From NCBI GenBank assembly GCA_964441285.1, contig CAYTUK010000001.1, positions 156,939 to 220,938 of the forward strand: a stretch of 64,000 nt of DNA, written 5' to 3'. Position numbers and translations under genes: made by a program. Origin of the DNA: an uncultured Thiotrichaceae bacterium (GTDB lineage Bacteria; Pseudomonadota; Gammaproteobacteria; SZUA-229). The notes below the pieces were generated by a model. The model had not been told where the DNA came from and made no database searches. It worked only from the letters and a program-made list of their open reading frames with translations. Of the stretch, positions 43,117-54,764 are shown one piece after another; the stretch's first letter is position 1; every line of letters starts with the position of its first letter.

Positions 43117-44301
43117 ATGCCTATATTTGAGTTGATGGATTCAGGTGCACAAGAAGCAGTCATTAAAGTGTTGGGTGTCGGCGGCGGTGGCGGTAATGCT
43201 GTGCAGCATATGGTGAGAAGTGGAATAGATAGTGTCGAGTTTATTTGTACCAATACGGATGCACAGGCATTGAGCCGAGTTGAAGGTGCCAAGTCGTTAC
43301 AAATTGGCAGTAATATCACCAAAGGTTTGGGCGCAGGAGCCACGCCCGATATAGGTCAACAGGCTGCGCTGGAGGATCGTGAATTAATCCAGGAAGCGAT
43401 TATGGGTACAGATATGCTGTTTGTTACCGCAGGCATGGGTGGTGGAACAGGAACGGGCGCAGCGCCTGTGGTTGCTCAGGTTGCGCGTGAAATGGGTATC
43501 CTGGTCGTGGGCGTGGTGACTAAACCTTTTGGTTTTGAAGGCCCGGCACGCATGAAAACTGCCTTGCAGGGTATTAAAGAACTAAGCGGCCATGTTGATT
43601 CATTAATCACTATTCCTAATGACAAACTAATGGATGTTTATGGCCGTGACTTTGATTTGATGAATGCCTTCAGTGGCGCGAATGATGTGTTATGTGGTGC
43701 GGTTCAGGGGATTACTGAACTGATTACACATCCGGGTGTGATTAATGTCGATTTTGCAGATGTTCGTACCGTCATGTCAAAAATGGGTATGGGAATGATG
43801 GGGTCCGGTAAAGCCTCTGGTCAGTCGCGTGCTCAGGAAGCAGCAGAAGCAGCGATAGCCAGCCCATTGCTGGAAGATGTTAATTTGCACGGAGCGCAGG
43901 GTATTTTGGTGAATGTAACCGGAGCAAATATGACATTGGGTGAGTTCCAGGACATTGGTTCGGTCATAAATGGTTTTGCTTCAGACGATGCCACCGTAGT
44001 GATGGGGACAGCCATTGATGAGTCGCTGGAAGATGAAATTCGGGTTACTGTTGTTGCCACCGGTCTTGGGCAGGCCAAAGGTGTTCAGCCACCCGTACCA
44101 GTAGCCGCCCGTCAGTCACCAGAAAATATTAAAGTGGTCAAGCACGAACAGCCAGAATCTATAGTTGAAAATACGGCTATTGACAAGGGAAAAGTAACAG
44201 GATCCTTGACGCGGCAGGTACCCGACGCAGTAACCAGAGGTGGCGGTTATGATGAAAAATTACTGGATATCCCCGCATTCTTACGCCGTCAGGCGGACTA
44301 A
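43117..44301 (+). CDS. ftsZ: cell division GTPase FtsZ
   Basis: 394 aa; tubulin signature GGGTGTGAAPVVA; conserved C-terminal peptide DIPAFLRRQAD. Confidence 0.95.
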   Translation: MPIFELMDSGAQEAVIKVLGVGGGGGNAVQHMVRSGIDSVEFICTNTDAQALSRVEGAKSLQIGSNITKGLGAGATPDIGQQAALEDRELIQEAIMGTDMLFVTAGMGGGTGTGAAPVVAQVAREMGILVVGVVTKPFGFEGPARMKTALQGIKELSGHVDSLITIPNDKLMDVYGRDFDLMNAFSGANDVLCGAVQGITELITHPGVINVDFADVRTVMSKMGMGMMGSGKASGQSRAQEAAEAAIASPLLEDVNLHGAQGILVNVTGANMTLGEFQDIGSVINGFASDDATVVMGTAIDESLEDEIRVTVVATGLGQAKGVQPPVPVAARQSPENIKVVKHEQPESIVENTAIDKGKVTGSLTRQVPDAVTRGGGYDEKLLDIPAFLRRQAD

Positions 44302-44544
44302 AATTGAAGTGGGAAAATCCCTGGTATGTGAATAATGTGGGCATTGTGGTGTAAAAACAATAGCATCATTGTGCGGTGAATCACCTGGGCTTCCAATTCA
44401 CCTGTTAATTATGTGATAATAAGGCAGTTTCTATCTGCATATTGACAATAGGGTTGTGGTACAGAGATAAGCGATGGTTTTAACGCAGGGTTTGTGCGTT
44501 AATTATTGTTAATGTGTTTATTATATAGGTATAGGGTTTAACTG

Positions 44545-45459
44545 TTGATTAAGCAAAGAACATTAAAAAATGTAATTCGTGCTACGGGTGTTGGTTTGCA
44601 CTCGGGCGAAAAAGTCTATCTGACACTGCGTCCGGCTACGCCTGATACCGGTGTTGTTTTTCGACGTATCGATTTAAATGAGCCAGTTGAAATCAAAGCA
44701 ACAGCACTGAATGTAGGTGCGACTCTACTTTCCACCACGCTGGAACAGGATGGTGTGAGTGTGTCGACTGTTGAACACCTGCTTTCAGCCATGGCTGGTT
44801 TAGGTATTGATAACGTTTATGTGGATGTAAATGCGGCAGAAGTACCCATTATGGATGGTAGTTCAGGGCCGTTTGTTTTTCTAATACAGTCAGCTGGCAT
44901 TGTTGAGCAAAATGCGCCGAAACGGTTTATTCGCATTAAAAAAACCATCATTGTTGAAGAAGAAGGTAAATGGGCACGATTTGATCCATTCGATGGTTTT
45001 AAAGTCAGTTTTGCGATTAGTTTTGATCATCCGGCATTTAAAAACGCTCCCTGCACCGCTGAAATAGACTTTTCAACAACGTCTTTTGTTAAAGAAGTCA
45101 GTCGTGCGCGTACGTTTGGATTTATGAGTGATATTGAAGCCCTGCGTAAGAATAATCTGGCTTTAGGTGGAAGCATTGATAATGCCATTGTGGTTGATGA
45201 ATATCGAGTGATAAATGAAGATGGCCTGCGCTATGAAGATGAATTTGTTAAACACAAGGTTCTGGATGCCATTGGTGACCTGTACCTGCTAGGCCATAGT
45301 ACTATTGGTGCCTTTTCCGGCTATCGTTCTGGTCATGCGCTGAATAATAAGTTATTAAAGGCATTATGCGCTGATCTGGAGGCATGGGAAGAGGTGACTT
45401 TTGAGGATGAAAAAGACGCATCCCCCATCTCTTATACGCAGCCATTACAGGCATTTTAG
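44545..45459 (+). CDS. lpxC: UDP-3-O-acyl-N-acetylglucosamine deacetylase
   Basis: 304 aa; near-identical blocks to E. coli LpxC (MIKQRTLK..., [10 protein letters not shown], HKxLDAIGDL); TTG start. Confidence 0.95.
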   Translation: MIKQRTLKNVIRATGVGLHSGEKVYLTLRPATPDTGVVFRRIDLNEPVEIKATALNVGATLLSTTLEQDGVSVSTVEHLLSAMAGLGIDNVYVDVNAAEVPIMDGSSGPFVFLIQSAGIVEQNAPKRFIRIKKTIIVEEEGKWARFDPFDGFKVSFAISFDHPAFKNAPCTAEIDFSTTSFVKEVSRARTFGFMSDIEALRKNNLALGGSIDNAIVVDEYRVINEDGLRYEDEFVKHKVLDAIGDLYLLGHSTIGAFSGYRSGHALNNKLLKALCADLEAWEEVTFEDEKDASPISYTQPLQAF

Positions 45460-45598
45460 CGGTAGAACTACCTGATTTTTGAATATACCCGCTACCTTTC
45501 ATTGTAATCAAATCAAGATGTAACCAAATTCAAGGCCTCACCAGATTTGCCGATATATTATCGGTATGCAGGTTTGTTGGTGCGCAGGCAGGGGTTTA

Positions 45599-46060
45599 TC
45601 AGGGCTTTCTTAGTTGGGATAACCGGTGCAGTGCCTGGCTGAGTTCGGCATCATTAATGTAATCGGCAGTTTGGGTGAGCCATGTTGCCACCTGGGCGCT
45701 TATATTACGCTGGTTCTGTATGGTGCGTAATGGGGGTGTTGACACCATCTGACCGGGCCGAGTTAAGACCTGAATATGGCGGATAGTTTCAGGAATAAGT
45801 TGCCCAAGATTGATATTGTAAGCCCTGTTATGGCGTTTTTTGTGCAAAAGCTCGATTAATACAGGTGCTAGCTGGCGTAATTTTGTGGCCCAGACAGGAG
45901 TATCCGTCATAACAAACAGGGTATGCTGATTTATATTGACCACCTGAAAATGTAAATGCGACTGGGTTGGCAGCACCTCTTGCAATATATGGGTTAATAC
46001 GGACAGATTTTTACTCTTAATAAGCAGTTTCGGGTCTAATTGTTCAAAAATTGATTTCAT
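45599..46060 (-). CDS. DUF721 (DciA-like) domain protein
   Basis: 153 aa; conserved position opposite lpxC and upstream of the M23 peptidase and secA as in Pseudomonas; weak DUF721-like core; family call is tentative. Confidence 0.5.
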   Translation of the reverse strand: MKSIFEQLDPKLLIKSKNLSVLTHILQEVLPTQSHLHFQVVNINQHTLFVMTDTPVWATKLRQLAPVLIELLHKKRHNRAYNINLGQLIPETIRHIQVLTRPGQMVSTPPLRTIQNQRNISAQVATWLTQTADYINDAELSQALHRLSQLRKP

Positions 46061-46131
46061 AGTGAAAATTTAGCGGGTATTTTGACTATACTTGCATTAA
46101 TCCTTAAGTAAGAAGTAAGAACTTAACATAT

Positions 46132-47037
46132 ATGAACGTTATCTTTATTGGAAAATTCAGGGGAAGACCCCTTCGTCTTCAGTTAGAAGGCACTAAACAG
46201 ATGCTGATTTGTTTGAGTCTGATCAGTGTTTTTGTCGCTTCGCTTATTGTTACCGGCTACTGGTACGGTAGTCAGCAGGCTAGAACTAGCCACCTGGTGG
46301 CGCTTAAAAATGATATTTCTTTGCAACAGCAGATGATTAAACAGGCTCGCATGAATGCTGAATCTGATGTTGATACCTTTACCGCACGTATCGGAAAATT
46401 GCAGGCAAATATGATTCGCCTCAATGCACTGGGTCAACGCCTGGTAAAGATCGCAAAATTAGATACAAAAGAATTTAATTTTAGCAACCCGCCCCCATAC
46501 GGTGGGCCAAAGGAGCCAGAAAGCCCGGTTACACTTAATTTTAATAATGTAATCAATAACCTAAATGACCAATTAGCAAGCCGCGAGTCGCAGCTTGATG
46601 TATTGGAAAACTTGTTGATGAACCAGCAGTTACAAAAGCAGACTCGACCCAGCGGACGGCCGGTAAAAAAAGGCTGGATCTCATCCTATTTTGGTATGCG
46701 CATCGACCCATTTACCGGTAGGATGTCAATGCATAAAGGTATGGATTTTGCGGGTAAGGAGGGCAATGTTGTTATTGCTGCTGCAGAAGGTGTCGTTACC
46801 TGGGCAGGCCCAAGAGGTGGGTACGGTAATTTAATTGAAATAAATCACGGTAATGGTTATTCCACCCGCTACGGACACAATGAAAAACTGTTGGTTAAAG
46901 TGGGTGACACGGTGGCAAAAGGACAGGTGATTTCACTCATGGGGTCGACCGGTCGCTCCACTGGGCCACATGTCCATTTCGAAGTATTAAAAAATGGTCG
47001 CCAGATCAATCCAGCCCGGTTTGTCGCAGCAAAATAG
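46132..47037 (+). CDS. M23-family metallopeptidase with N-terminal TM and coiled coil
   Basis: C-terminal M23 motifs HKGMDFAG...GNVVIAAAEGVV...GYGNLIEINHGNGYSTRYGHN...GSTGRSTGPHVHFEV. Confidence 0.8.
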   Translation: MNVIFIGKFRGRPLRLQLEGTKQMLICLSLISVFVASLIVTGYWYGSQQARTSHLVALKNDISLQQQMIKQARMNAESDVDTFTARIGKLQANMIRLNALGQRLVKIAKLDTKEFNFSNPPPYGGPKEPESPVTLNFNNVINNLNDQLASRESQLDVLENLLMNQQLQKQTRPSGRPVKKGWISSYFGMRIDPFTGRMSMHKGMDFAGKEGNVVIAAAEGVVTWAGPRGGYGNLIEINHGNGYSTRYGHNEKLLVKVGDTVAKGQVISLMGSTGRSTGPHVHFEVLKNGRQINPARFVAAK

Positions 47038-47237
47038 ACTTTATTCGCTTTAAATCGTTTATACTTCCACAGTCAGATATAGCGTTATTTTATTGCGCTG
47101 AATTTGCCTTTTTTCCCTGTGCGGAAACCGGCAGCTTTCTACTGTATGCTGGATGGATAAAACGGGGTCTGTAGTAATAACACAGTGATATTTTGTATTT
47201 AATATATTCTAAAGAATTCAATGGGTCATAGAACTAA

Positions 47238-49952
47238 ATGTTAACAAATGTAGTCCGTAAGGTATTTGGCAGTCGCAATGAGCGAATCATTAGCAAACAT
47301 CTGAAAACAGTGAAATTGGTTAATGCATTCGAGCCTGAATTTGAGGTGTTAAGTGATGAACAGTTAACGGCTAAAACAGAAGAATTTCGTAAACGCCTGG
47401 ATGCAGGTGAAACACTGAGTCAACTTTTGCCCGAAGCCTTTGCAACCGTAAGAGAGGCGGGGCGACGCGTATTAGGGATGCGGCATTTTGATGTTCAGCT
47501 TATTGGCGGGATGGTGCTCGATAGCGGTAAAATTGCCGAAATGCGTACCGGTGAGGGCAAAACTCTGGTTGCAACGCTGGCCTGCTACCTTAATGCCTTA
47601 CCAGGTAAGGGCGTGCATGTTATTACGGTTAATGACTACCTTGCCCAACGTGATGCAGAATGGATGAGCCGTTTGTATAATTTTCTTGGCTTAACCGTGG
47701 GTGTCAGCGTTTCTGGCATGGAACCGCCGGCTAAAAAAGAAGCCTATGCAGCCGATATCACTTACGGCACCAATAACGAATTTGGCTTTGATTATTTACG
47801 TGATAATATGGCATTTACTGCCGATGAAAAAGTACAGCGTGAACTTAGTTTTGCTATTATCGATGAAGTCGACTCAATTTTAATCGATGAAGCCAGAACG
47901 CCCTTAATTATTTCCGGTGCAGTGGGTGATAGCAATGACTTACACCTGAAATTTAAGGATATTGTCAAAAAGCTGGAACAGGGACGGAAAGTTGAAAAAG
48001 ATGAGCCTGAAGAAGGAGACTTTTCGATTGATGAGAAAGATCGCAATGTGCATATAACCGAACAGGGTCATCAAAAAATAGAACAGATACTGGTTGATGA
48101 GGGCATTCTTGATGCCAGCGATAGTCTCTATAGTGCGTCGAATATTAATCTGGTGCACTACCTGAATGCCGCCCTGCGTGCACTGACTTTATTTCAGATA
48201 GATGTGCATTATATCGTGCGTGATGGTCAGGTGACGATTGTTGATGAGTTTACGGGTCGGACTATGGAGGGTCGACGCTGGTCGGATGGCTTACATCAGG
48301 CGGTTGAAGCGAAGGAAGGCGTTGATATTCAAAATGAAAATCAGACCCTGGCCTCAATTACATTCCAGAATTATTTCAGACTCTATGGCAAGCTTTCTGG
48401 CATGACAGGTACTGCGGACACCGAGTCAGAAGAGCTGCTGCAAATCTACAATCTTGAAGTGGTTGTGATTCCTACTAACAAGCCAATGGCTCGTAAAGAT
48501 CACACTGACCAAGTATTTCTCAACGCAGAAGAAAAATTTTCTGCAGTTATCGCAGACATTAGAGATTGTACCGAAAGGAAGCAGCCAGTACTGGTTGGCA
48601 CAGCTTCGATTGATGTTTCCGAACTACTGTCAAAAAAATTACAGGAACAGAAGATTAAGCATAATGTGCTTAACGCAAAGCAACACGAAAACGAAGCCCG
48701 TATTATTGAAGATGCCGGCCGCCCTGGCGCAATCACGATTGCAACCAATATGGCGGGGCGTGGCACAGATATTGTTCTGGGGGGTAATCTTGAAGCTGAA
48801 TTATCCACCTGCGCAGATGACGATGATGAAGAACGTGCGCTGCTACAGAAACAATGGGAACAGCGTCATCAGGAAGTGCTCGATGCAGGGGGTTTACATG
48901 TTATCGGTAGCGAGCGCCATGAATCGCGCCGTATCGATAACCAGCTACGTGGGCGTTCGGGGCGTCAGGGTGACCCTGGTTCTAGTCGTTTTTACCTGTC
49001 TTTACAGGATGATTTAATGCGCATATTTGCATCAGAAAAAGTAGGCGGTCTGATGAAAAAGTTGGGCATGGAAAAAGGTGAAGCCATTGAACACCCGTGG
49101 GTTAACCGTGCGATTGAAAATGCACAACGTAAAGTAGAAGGTCATAACTACGATATTCGTAAGCAATTACTTGAATATGATGATGTGGCAAATGACCAGC
49201 GCCGTGTTATTTATAGACAACGTAATGATATGATGGCAGAGGCCGATTTGTCTGAAACTGTTATGGCTATTCGTGAAGAAGTTGTTGACCGCACTATAAC
49301 CCACTTTGTGCCGCAAGGTAGCCTGGATGAGCAATGGGACATAAGGCGGCTAGAAGAGACTTTTGAGGAAGAGTTTGGATGCCGTATATCTGCATCTGAC
49401 TGGTTGGAAGAGGATAATGCACTGAATGAAGAAGGTCTACGTGAACGTATTCAGCAAACATTAATCGATGACTATACAATTAAGGAAAAAATAGTCAGTG
49501 AAGAAGGCATGCGTACCTATGAAAAGCATGTCATGCTGAATGTGCTGGATCGTTTCTGGAAAGAGCACCTCGCTGCAATGGATTATCTGCGCCAGAGTAT
49601 CGGTCTACGGGGATATGCGCAACAGGATCCGAAACAGGAATACAAACGCGAATCGTTTGAAATGTTTTCGAAAATGTTGGAGCATATGAAGTATGAAGTG
49701 GTCACGACTCTGTGCAAAGTACAAATACAGGCCAGTGAAGAACTTGAGCAGTTCGAAGCCAATGAAAACCCGACGATAGAAAATATTAACTATCAACATG
49801 CGGATGCGAGCTCAATGACGCAAGATGAGGAGGCGCAAGCATCTGCTGTCACCCAGCCTTACCAACGCAGTGAAAAGAAAATTGGGCGCAATGAGCCCTG
49901 CCATTGTGGTTCAGGTAAAAAATTCAAACATTGTCACGGTAAATTAAGTTAA
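47238..49952 (+). CDS. secA: preprotein translocase ATPase SecA
   Basis: 904 aa; Walker [14 protein letters not shown]; DEAD-like [19 protein letters not shown]; C-terminal zinc site [14 protein letters not shown]. Confidence 0.95.
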   Translation: MLTNVVRKVFGSRNERIISKHLKTVKLVNAFEPEFEVLSDEQLTAKTEEFRKRLDAGETLSQLLPEAFATVREAGRRVLGMRHFDVQLIGGMVLDSGKIAEMRTGEGKTLVATLACYLNALPGKGVHVITVNDYLAQRDAEWMSRLYNFLGLTVGVSVSGMEPPAKKEAYAADITYGTNNEFGFDYLRDNMAFTADEKVQRELSFAIIDEVDSILIDEARTPLIISGAVGDSNDLHLKFKDIVKKLEQGRKVEKDEPEEGDFSIDEKDRNVHITEQGHQKIEQILVDEGILDASDSLYSASNINLVHYLNAALRALTLFQIDVHYIVRDGQVTIVDEFTGRTMEGRRWSDGLHQAVEAKEGVDIQNENQTLASITFQNYFRLYGKLSGMTGTADTESEELLQIYNLEVVVIPTNKPMARKDHTDQVFLNAEEKFSAVIADIRDCTERKQPVLVGTASIDVSELLSKKLQEQKIKHNVLNAKQHENEARIIEDAGRPGAITIATNMAGRGTDIVLGGNLEAELSTCADDDDEERALLQKQWEQRHQEVLDAGGLHVIGSERHESRRIDNQLRGRSGRQGDPGSSRFYLSLQDDLMRIFASEKVGGLMKKLGMEKGEAIEHPWVNRAIENAQRKVEGHNYDIRKQLLEYDDVANDQRRVIYRQRNDMMAEADLSETVMAIREEVVDRTITHFVPQGSLDEQWDIRRLEETFEEEFGCRISASDWLEEDNALNEEGLRERIQQTLIDDYTIKEKIVSEEGMRTYEKHVMLNVLDRFWKEHLAAMDYLRQSIGLRGYAQQDPKQEYKRESFEMFSKMLEHMKYEVVTTLCKVQIQASEELEQFEANENPTIENINYQHADASSMTQDEEAQASAVTQPYQRSEKKIGRNEPCHCGSGKKFKHCHGKLS

Positions 49953-49956
49953 GAAT

Positions 49957-51171
49957 ATGCCTGTAGGTTTATCCGCACCGACCATTGTCCTACCCGTAAA
50001 AGGTGTGAAGGTTGCCAGTACCGCCTGCGGTATAAAAAAAAATGGTCACGATGACCTGGTCCTTTTTTATTTTGATGAAGGCAGTGTTTGTGCAGCAACA
50101 TTTACCCAAAATGCGTTTTGTGCTGCGCCGGTAACGGTTGCTAAAGAACACCTACAGAGAAAGTCGCCTCGCGCATTTCTCATTAACGCAGGGAATGCTA
50201 ATGCAGGGACGGGGCAACTGGGTCTGGATGATGCCAGACAAAGTTGTCAATGGGTTGCTGCGAGTCTTGCCTGTAGCACAACGGAAGTTCTGCCCTTCTC
50301 AACGGGGGTTATTGGCGAACCCCTGGCGATGGATAAATTACAGTTGGGCATTGAACATCTGCCGCTTGTATTGCACACAGATAACTGGCTAAAGGCAGCG
50401 CATGGCATTATGACAACCGACATAGTCGCTAAGGCTGTATCGGAGCAAGTAGAACTAAATGGCGAAACCATTACCCTCACAGGCATAACCAAGGGTTCAG
50501 GCATGATACGGCCTGATATGGCAACCATGTTATGTTTTATTGCAACCGACGCAAGTATTGCACAGCCCTTATTGCAACAGTATTTAAGCCGCGCTATTGA
50601 AAACAGTTTTAACTCAATTACGGTTGATGGCGATACCTCAACCAACGATGCCTGTCTACTGGTTGCAAGCTGCAAAGCGAAAACAACCTTAATTGCAGAG
50701 ACTAAAACGGCACAGACGTTTTATCAGGCGCTGGAGCGGGTATGTACTACTCTGGCACAGGCGATTATCCGAGATGGCGAAGGTGCAACAAAATTTGTTA
50801 GCATTGAGGTTGCACAGGCCGCATCAAAAATTGAAGCAAAAACCGTCGCCTATACTATTGCACATTCTCCATTGGTTAAAACGGCATTATTTGCCAGTGA
50901 CCCGAACTGGGGAAGAATACTCGCGGCAGTCGGGCGTTCAGGTATAGTCGACTTTGACATAACGCGAGTGACTATTTTTCTGGAAGATGTTTGCATCGTT
51001 AGTGGTGGCAGTAAAGATCAGCATTACACTGAAGCGCAGGGGCAGCAGGTAATGAAACAGTCTGAAATCACAATTCGAGTAGAGCTTGGACGTGGGGACC
51101 TGGCAGCAACCATCTGGACAACGGATTTATCGCACGAATATGTGAAAATTAACTCAGAATACCGTTCTTGA
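49957..51171 (+). CDS. argJ: bifunctional glutamate N-acetyltransferase / amino-acid acetyltransferase
   Basis: 404 aa; autoproteolytic ATML site (MATMLCFIATDA). Confidence 0.9.
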   Translation: MPVGLSAPTIVLPVKGVKVASTACGIKKNGHDDLVLFYFDEGSVCAATFTQNAFCAAPVTVAKEHLQRKSPRAFLINAGNANAGTGQLGLDDARQSCQWVAASLACSTTEVLPFSTGVIGEPLAMDKLQLGIEHLPLVLHTDNWLKAAHGIMTTDIVAKAVSEQVELNGETITLTGITKGSGMIRPDMATMLCFIATDASIAQPLLQQYLSRAIENSFNSITVDGDTSTNDACLLVASCKAKTTLIAETKTAQTFYQALERVCTTLAQAIIRDGEGATKFVSIEVAQAASKIEAKTVAYTIAHSPLVKTALFASDPNWGRILAAVGRSGIVDFDITRVTIFLEDVCIVSGGSKDQHYTEAQGQQVMKQSEITIRVELGRGDLAATIWTTDLSHEYVKINSEYRS

Positions 51172-51346
51172 ATTTTGGTATTAGAGGAGTGGTAATAACT
51201 GTCCGTTCCATCCGTTGCGGTTATAAATATAACTGTGAATGGATTCTGGTTTATCTTCAGATTTACAACTGAGCGGAACCGTTGTGTGCTGCAGGGTTAA
51301 TGCTTGTGAAATCGACATTGAAAATCGACGCTACGGCGGATTGTTG

Positions 51347-52342
51347 ATGACTGAAATAGTGGAAGTGGCTGTTGCAGCCATTGTGAATACCAGTAATGAA
51401 GTGTTGATTTGTCTGCGTCACCAGGCGGCTCATCAGGGCGGGCTTTGGGAATTTCCTGGTGGTAAAGTTGAACCAGGCGAGACCATCGAACAGGCTTTAT
51501 ATCGTGAGATCGAGGAGGAATTAAATCTGCTCATCCAGTCGGCGCGCCCCCTGATTACGTTAAAACATTGCTACACAGATAAAACCGTGCGTTTACATGT
51601 CTGGAAAGTTGATAGCTATTCATTTAGAACAGAGACTGATGTAAGAAAAAACACGGGTGCAGAAGGCCAGCCTATAAAATGGCAATCTGTTTATGACCTG
51701 GATAGCAGTGATTTTCCCTCGGCGGATAAATCAATTATCAGGGCTTTACAATTACCTGATTTATATTTAATTTCTGGAAATTTTAACTCAATTGAAGATT
51801 TCAAAAACCGCTTATGCTCAGCAATTAAACAAGGTATTCACCTGTTTCAATTACGTTTAAAACTCGCCTGGGTAGAAAAAAATCGCGCGTTAGCATCATG
51901 CGTATTAAAACTGGCAATTGAATTGTGCGAGCGTAACAATGTCAGCTTAATGCTGAATATCCCCGATGAACTGAGCCTGTATAAAATATCTGAAAAGGTT
52001 AAAATTAATACCGGTGTTCATCTGGATAGCCAGCGCCTACAAAACAGCAATGCAAAAAATATAGAGGCGTACCGCCGCTGTAAATTTATTTCCGCCTCCT
52101 GTCATACGCCAGCCGATATAATAAAAGCACAGTCACTGGAACTTGATTTTATTGTGTTATCGCCGGTGCAGAAAACAACGACACACCCCGATGCGAAACC
52201 GCTTGGTTGGCAGCAATTTAGCGTACAGGCAATGGACTGTGTGCTACCTGTATATGCGCTTGGCGGGGTCAGCGCAGCAAATCTTGAAACCGCCTGGTGT
52301 AATGGCGCACAGGGCATAGCGGGCATCGGGTTTTGCTGGTAG
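51347..52342 (+). CDS. mutT: Nudix hydrolase (MutT-like) fused to a thiamine-phosphate synthase-like (TenI/ThiE-fold) domain
   Basis: Nudix box GGKVEPGETIEQALYREIEEELNL; C-terminal TIM-barrel ThiE/TenI-like region (LISGNFNS...FIVLSPVQKTTTHP...ALGGV); the ORF caller starts at 51239, but the 36 upstream codons look non-coding. Confidence 0.75.
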   Translation: MTEIVEVAVAAIVNTSNEVLICLRHQAAHQGGLWEFPGGKVEPGETIEQALYREIEEELNLLIQSARPLITLKHCYTDKTVRLHVWKVDSYSFRTETDVRKNTGAEGQPIKWQSVYDLDSSDFPSADKSIIRALQLPDLYLISGNFNSIEDFKNRLCSAIKQGIHLFQLRLKLAWVEKNRALASCVLKLAIELCERNNVSLMLNIPDELSLYKISEKVKINTGVHLDSQRLQNSNAKNIEAYRRCKFISASCHTPADIIKAQSLELDFIVLSPVQKTTTHPDAKPLGWQQFSVQAMDCVLPVYALGGVSAANLETAWCNGAQGIAGIGFCW

Positions 52343-52348
52343 ATAGAT

Positions 52349-53119
52349 TTAAATGACACACATTTGCAATTTAAATGTTATGTCCTGTTTGCATTGATCA
52401 GGTCTGGCAGAGGGGTCGTCATTCTGCATAAAGCGAATCGAGAAGCGGTGTTTCCCCGCACTTATTTCCGGGTAGCAGGGGTTGTCTAGCGGAATAGTAA
52501 TACGTAATAGCTGAATGGACTGGTTAGTGTCGAGGGCTTTCTGAAAAAATCCACTGCTGGCAACTTCAGTTGTATCTTCAGCGCTGTGTCGAATAACGTC
52601 GAGAATAAGCTGGATAGAATGGTCAAGATAGCTAAAAGGCTGGAACCATTTTTGCAGATTTTTATGGCGTTTTTCTTTTGGCTGGCTGAGCCAGTGTTTA
52701 AGTGCCGGTAAATCAAAATCACAGATACTACCAGGCACAGAATTTTTTTGCTGGATAGCCATAATCAGATCAATGTTTTTGATTTCCTGACCGATTTGTC
52801 CATGAACCCCTTGAAGTTCTCCCATACATTTCTGTATATTTTTAAGTACAGATGTAAGTTGTTTTTGGTCAATCTGTGGGCGCTTTGATAAACGCTTAAG
52901 CTGGGAATGTTGTCTTTCTAGCTCCTTGAGAACTTCCAGTTTAATGTCGGTGCGTGAGATAAACGCCATAATTTCAATAATGGAGTCGATAGCGATCATG
53001 TTGTTCCAGTCGGAGCCGTGTTGCAGGTGAAAGGCATATCGTTGAAAAAGTTTTTCCAGGCGGAGAAACGCTCTTACCTTTTCATTCAGAGGTTGTTCGT
53101 AGACCAGGTCGCTGTTCAC
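52349..53119 (-). CDS. zapD: cell division protein ZapD
   Basis: 256 aa; N-terminal YEQPLNEKVRAFLRLE matches ZapD/YacF. Confidence 0.85.
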   Translation of the reverse strand: MNSDLVYEQPLNEKVRAFLRLEKLFQRYAFHLQHGSDWNNMIAIDSIIEIMAFISRTDIKLEVLKELERQHSQLKRLSKRPQIDQKQLTSVLKNIQKCMGELQGVHGQIGQEIKNIDLIMAIQQKNSVPGSICDFDLPALKHWLSQPKEKRHKNLQKWFQPFSYLDHSIQLILDVIRHSAEDTTEVASSGFFQKALDTNQSIQLLRITIPLDNPCYPEISAGKHRFSIRFMQNDDPSARPDQCKQDITFKLQMCVI

Positions 53120-53197
53120 ATTAATGTAATCGGTTTTGTGATGTCAATTGGTTAGTTTACACTTTTTTTCGGTGCTTAAAAATTACCCGTGACGGAT

Positions 53198-53815
53198 TTA
53201 TGTCGCCAGCAGTGAATATTTCTGATGTAAGGCATTAATCAAACTGCCCAGTTGTGCCCGGTCGCGGTTATTCGTCAGCACATCATCAGCGTTGAGCTGG
53301 CGTTGCTGATCATCTATCTGGTTTTGAATAATCAGTCTGATTTCATTAATATCTCGATTATCGCGTTGTATAATGCGTTGGATACGTAGTTCTTCATCGG
53401 CATCTATAACCAATATTCTGTCGACCATAGCTTCAAGATGGTTTTCGAATAAAAGCGGGATAACAATGATAACGTAGCCTGCTTGCCTGGTTTTGCTGGC
53501 CCTTTTTTCAATTTTATTCAGTTGGTGCTTGATTTCGCTATTGATGCATGGGTGTAAAATAGCCTCCAGCTTTTGTTTGTGTGCTGGATTGTTGAAGATA
53601 CTTTTAGCTAATTTCGGGCGGTTCAAACTGCCATTGGAATTAAGAAAATGGTTGCCAAAGGCATCAATAATTGCCTGTAGACCGTCTGAGCCGGGCGTAA
53701 CCAGCTGTCTGGCGATGATGTCGGTATCAATAATGGGTGCGCCAAGGCGAGCGAAGTGCTCGGAAACTACTGATTTCCCACTACCAATGCCACCGGTCAG
53801 TCCTATCTTTAGCAT
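53198..53815 (-). CDS. coaE: dephospho-CoA kinase
   Basis: 205 aa; P-loop GLTGGIGSGKS; CoaE fold. Confidence 0.9.
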   Translation of the reverse strand: MLKIGLTGGIGSGKSVVSEHFARLGAPIIDTDIIARQLVTPGSDGLQAIIDAFGNHFLNSNGSLNRPKLAKSIFNNPAHKQKLEAILHPCINSEIKHQLNKIEKRASKTRQAGYVIIVIPLLFENHLEAMVDRILVIDADEELRIQRIIQRDNRDINEIRLIIQNQIDDQQRQLNADDVLTNNRDRAQLGSLINALHQKYSLLAT

Positions 53816-53823
53816 ACTGGTTG

Positions 53824-54705
53824 TCAGTGCAGAAAGCTGAGGTATTGCTGGTTAATTTGCTCCCCCCACAATAATGCAATCCAGCCAGCAATTGCCAGAT
53901 AGGGGCCAAAAGGGATAGGTTGCTGTTTTTCGGTTCGGCGTAACAGAATCATCGTTATGCCAGAAACAGCGCCAATAATGGAAGAGAGCAGAATAATTTG
54001 CGGCAGCAGGGTATAACCGCACCATGCGCCTAGCGCTGCCAGCAGTTTAAAATCACCATACCCCATGCCTTCTTTGCCCGTGACAAGTTTAAATAGATGA
54101 AACACGCTCCATAAAATTACATAACCGGCGATGGCACCAATAACACTGCTTTCAACATTACTAAACAGGCCAAACAGGGAAAACAACAGCCCCAGCCAGA
54201 GTAGAGGTAACGTCATATTGTCAGGTAATAACTGCTTTTTCAGGTCAATTAAAGTTAACGCAATTAAAACCCAGCCAAACAATAATGCCGCTGGCGTTTG
54301 CAGGCTAACCCCATAAGCGTAGGCAACAGATAGCGATACCAGTGCAGTCATGGCCTCAACCAGCGGATATTGAATAGAAATGGGTGCACCACAGCCAGCA
54401 CACCTGGCGCGTAGCAGTAGATAACTTAATAACGGAATATTTTCCCAGAAACGTATTTTATGGCCACAGTTTGGGCAGGCAGAAGCGGGTAGTGACAGAC
54501 TCAATATGCGGGTGTACGCATTAAATTCCGGTTTGTCCTGTCCAAGAAATTCATGGCATTCCAGCTTCCAGTCACGTTCCATTATCAGCGGTAAGCGGTA
54601 GGCAACCACATTTAAAAAACTGCCGACACAAAGTCCGATAAAAAGCACAGTGGAGTAAAATAACCAGGGTGAGGACGCAAAGGCTTGAATAATAGAATCA
54701 AACAC
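53824..54705 (-). CDS. pilD: type IV prepilin peptidase / N-methyltransferase (A24 family)
   Basis: 293 aa; tetra-Cys motif CPNCGHKI...CAGCGAPI; polytopic; catalytic Asp region. Confidence 0.9.
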   Translation of the reverse strand: MFDSIIQAFASSPWLFYSTVLFIGLCVGSFLNVVAYRLPLIMERDWKLECHEFLGQDKPEFNAYTRILSLSLPASACPNCGHKIRFWENIPLLSYLLLRARCAGCGAPISIQYPLVEAMTALVSLSVAYAYGVSLQTPAALLFGWVLIALTLIDLKKQLLPDNMTLPLLWLGLLFSLFGLFSNVESSVIGAIAGYVILWSVFHLFKLVTGKEGMGYGDFKLLAALGAWCGYTLLPQIILLSSIIGAVSGITMILLRRTEKQQPIPFGPYLAIAGWIALLWGEQINQQYLSFLH

Positions 54706-54764
54706 AGTAAAGCAAAGAAGTTTTTCTGATTTTCATTGGGGGGACAGTTGGTACAATTGCATAC

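Noticed and set aside
47038-47237. secM upstream of secA
   Set aside because: No ORF with a SecM-like arrest motif is present. The lpxC-DUF721-M23-secA arrangement is the Pseudomonas-type one without secM.
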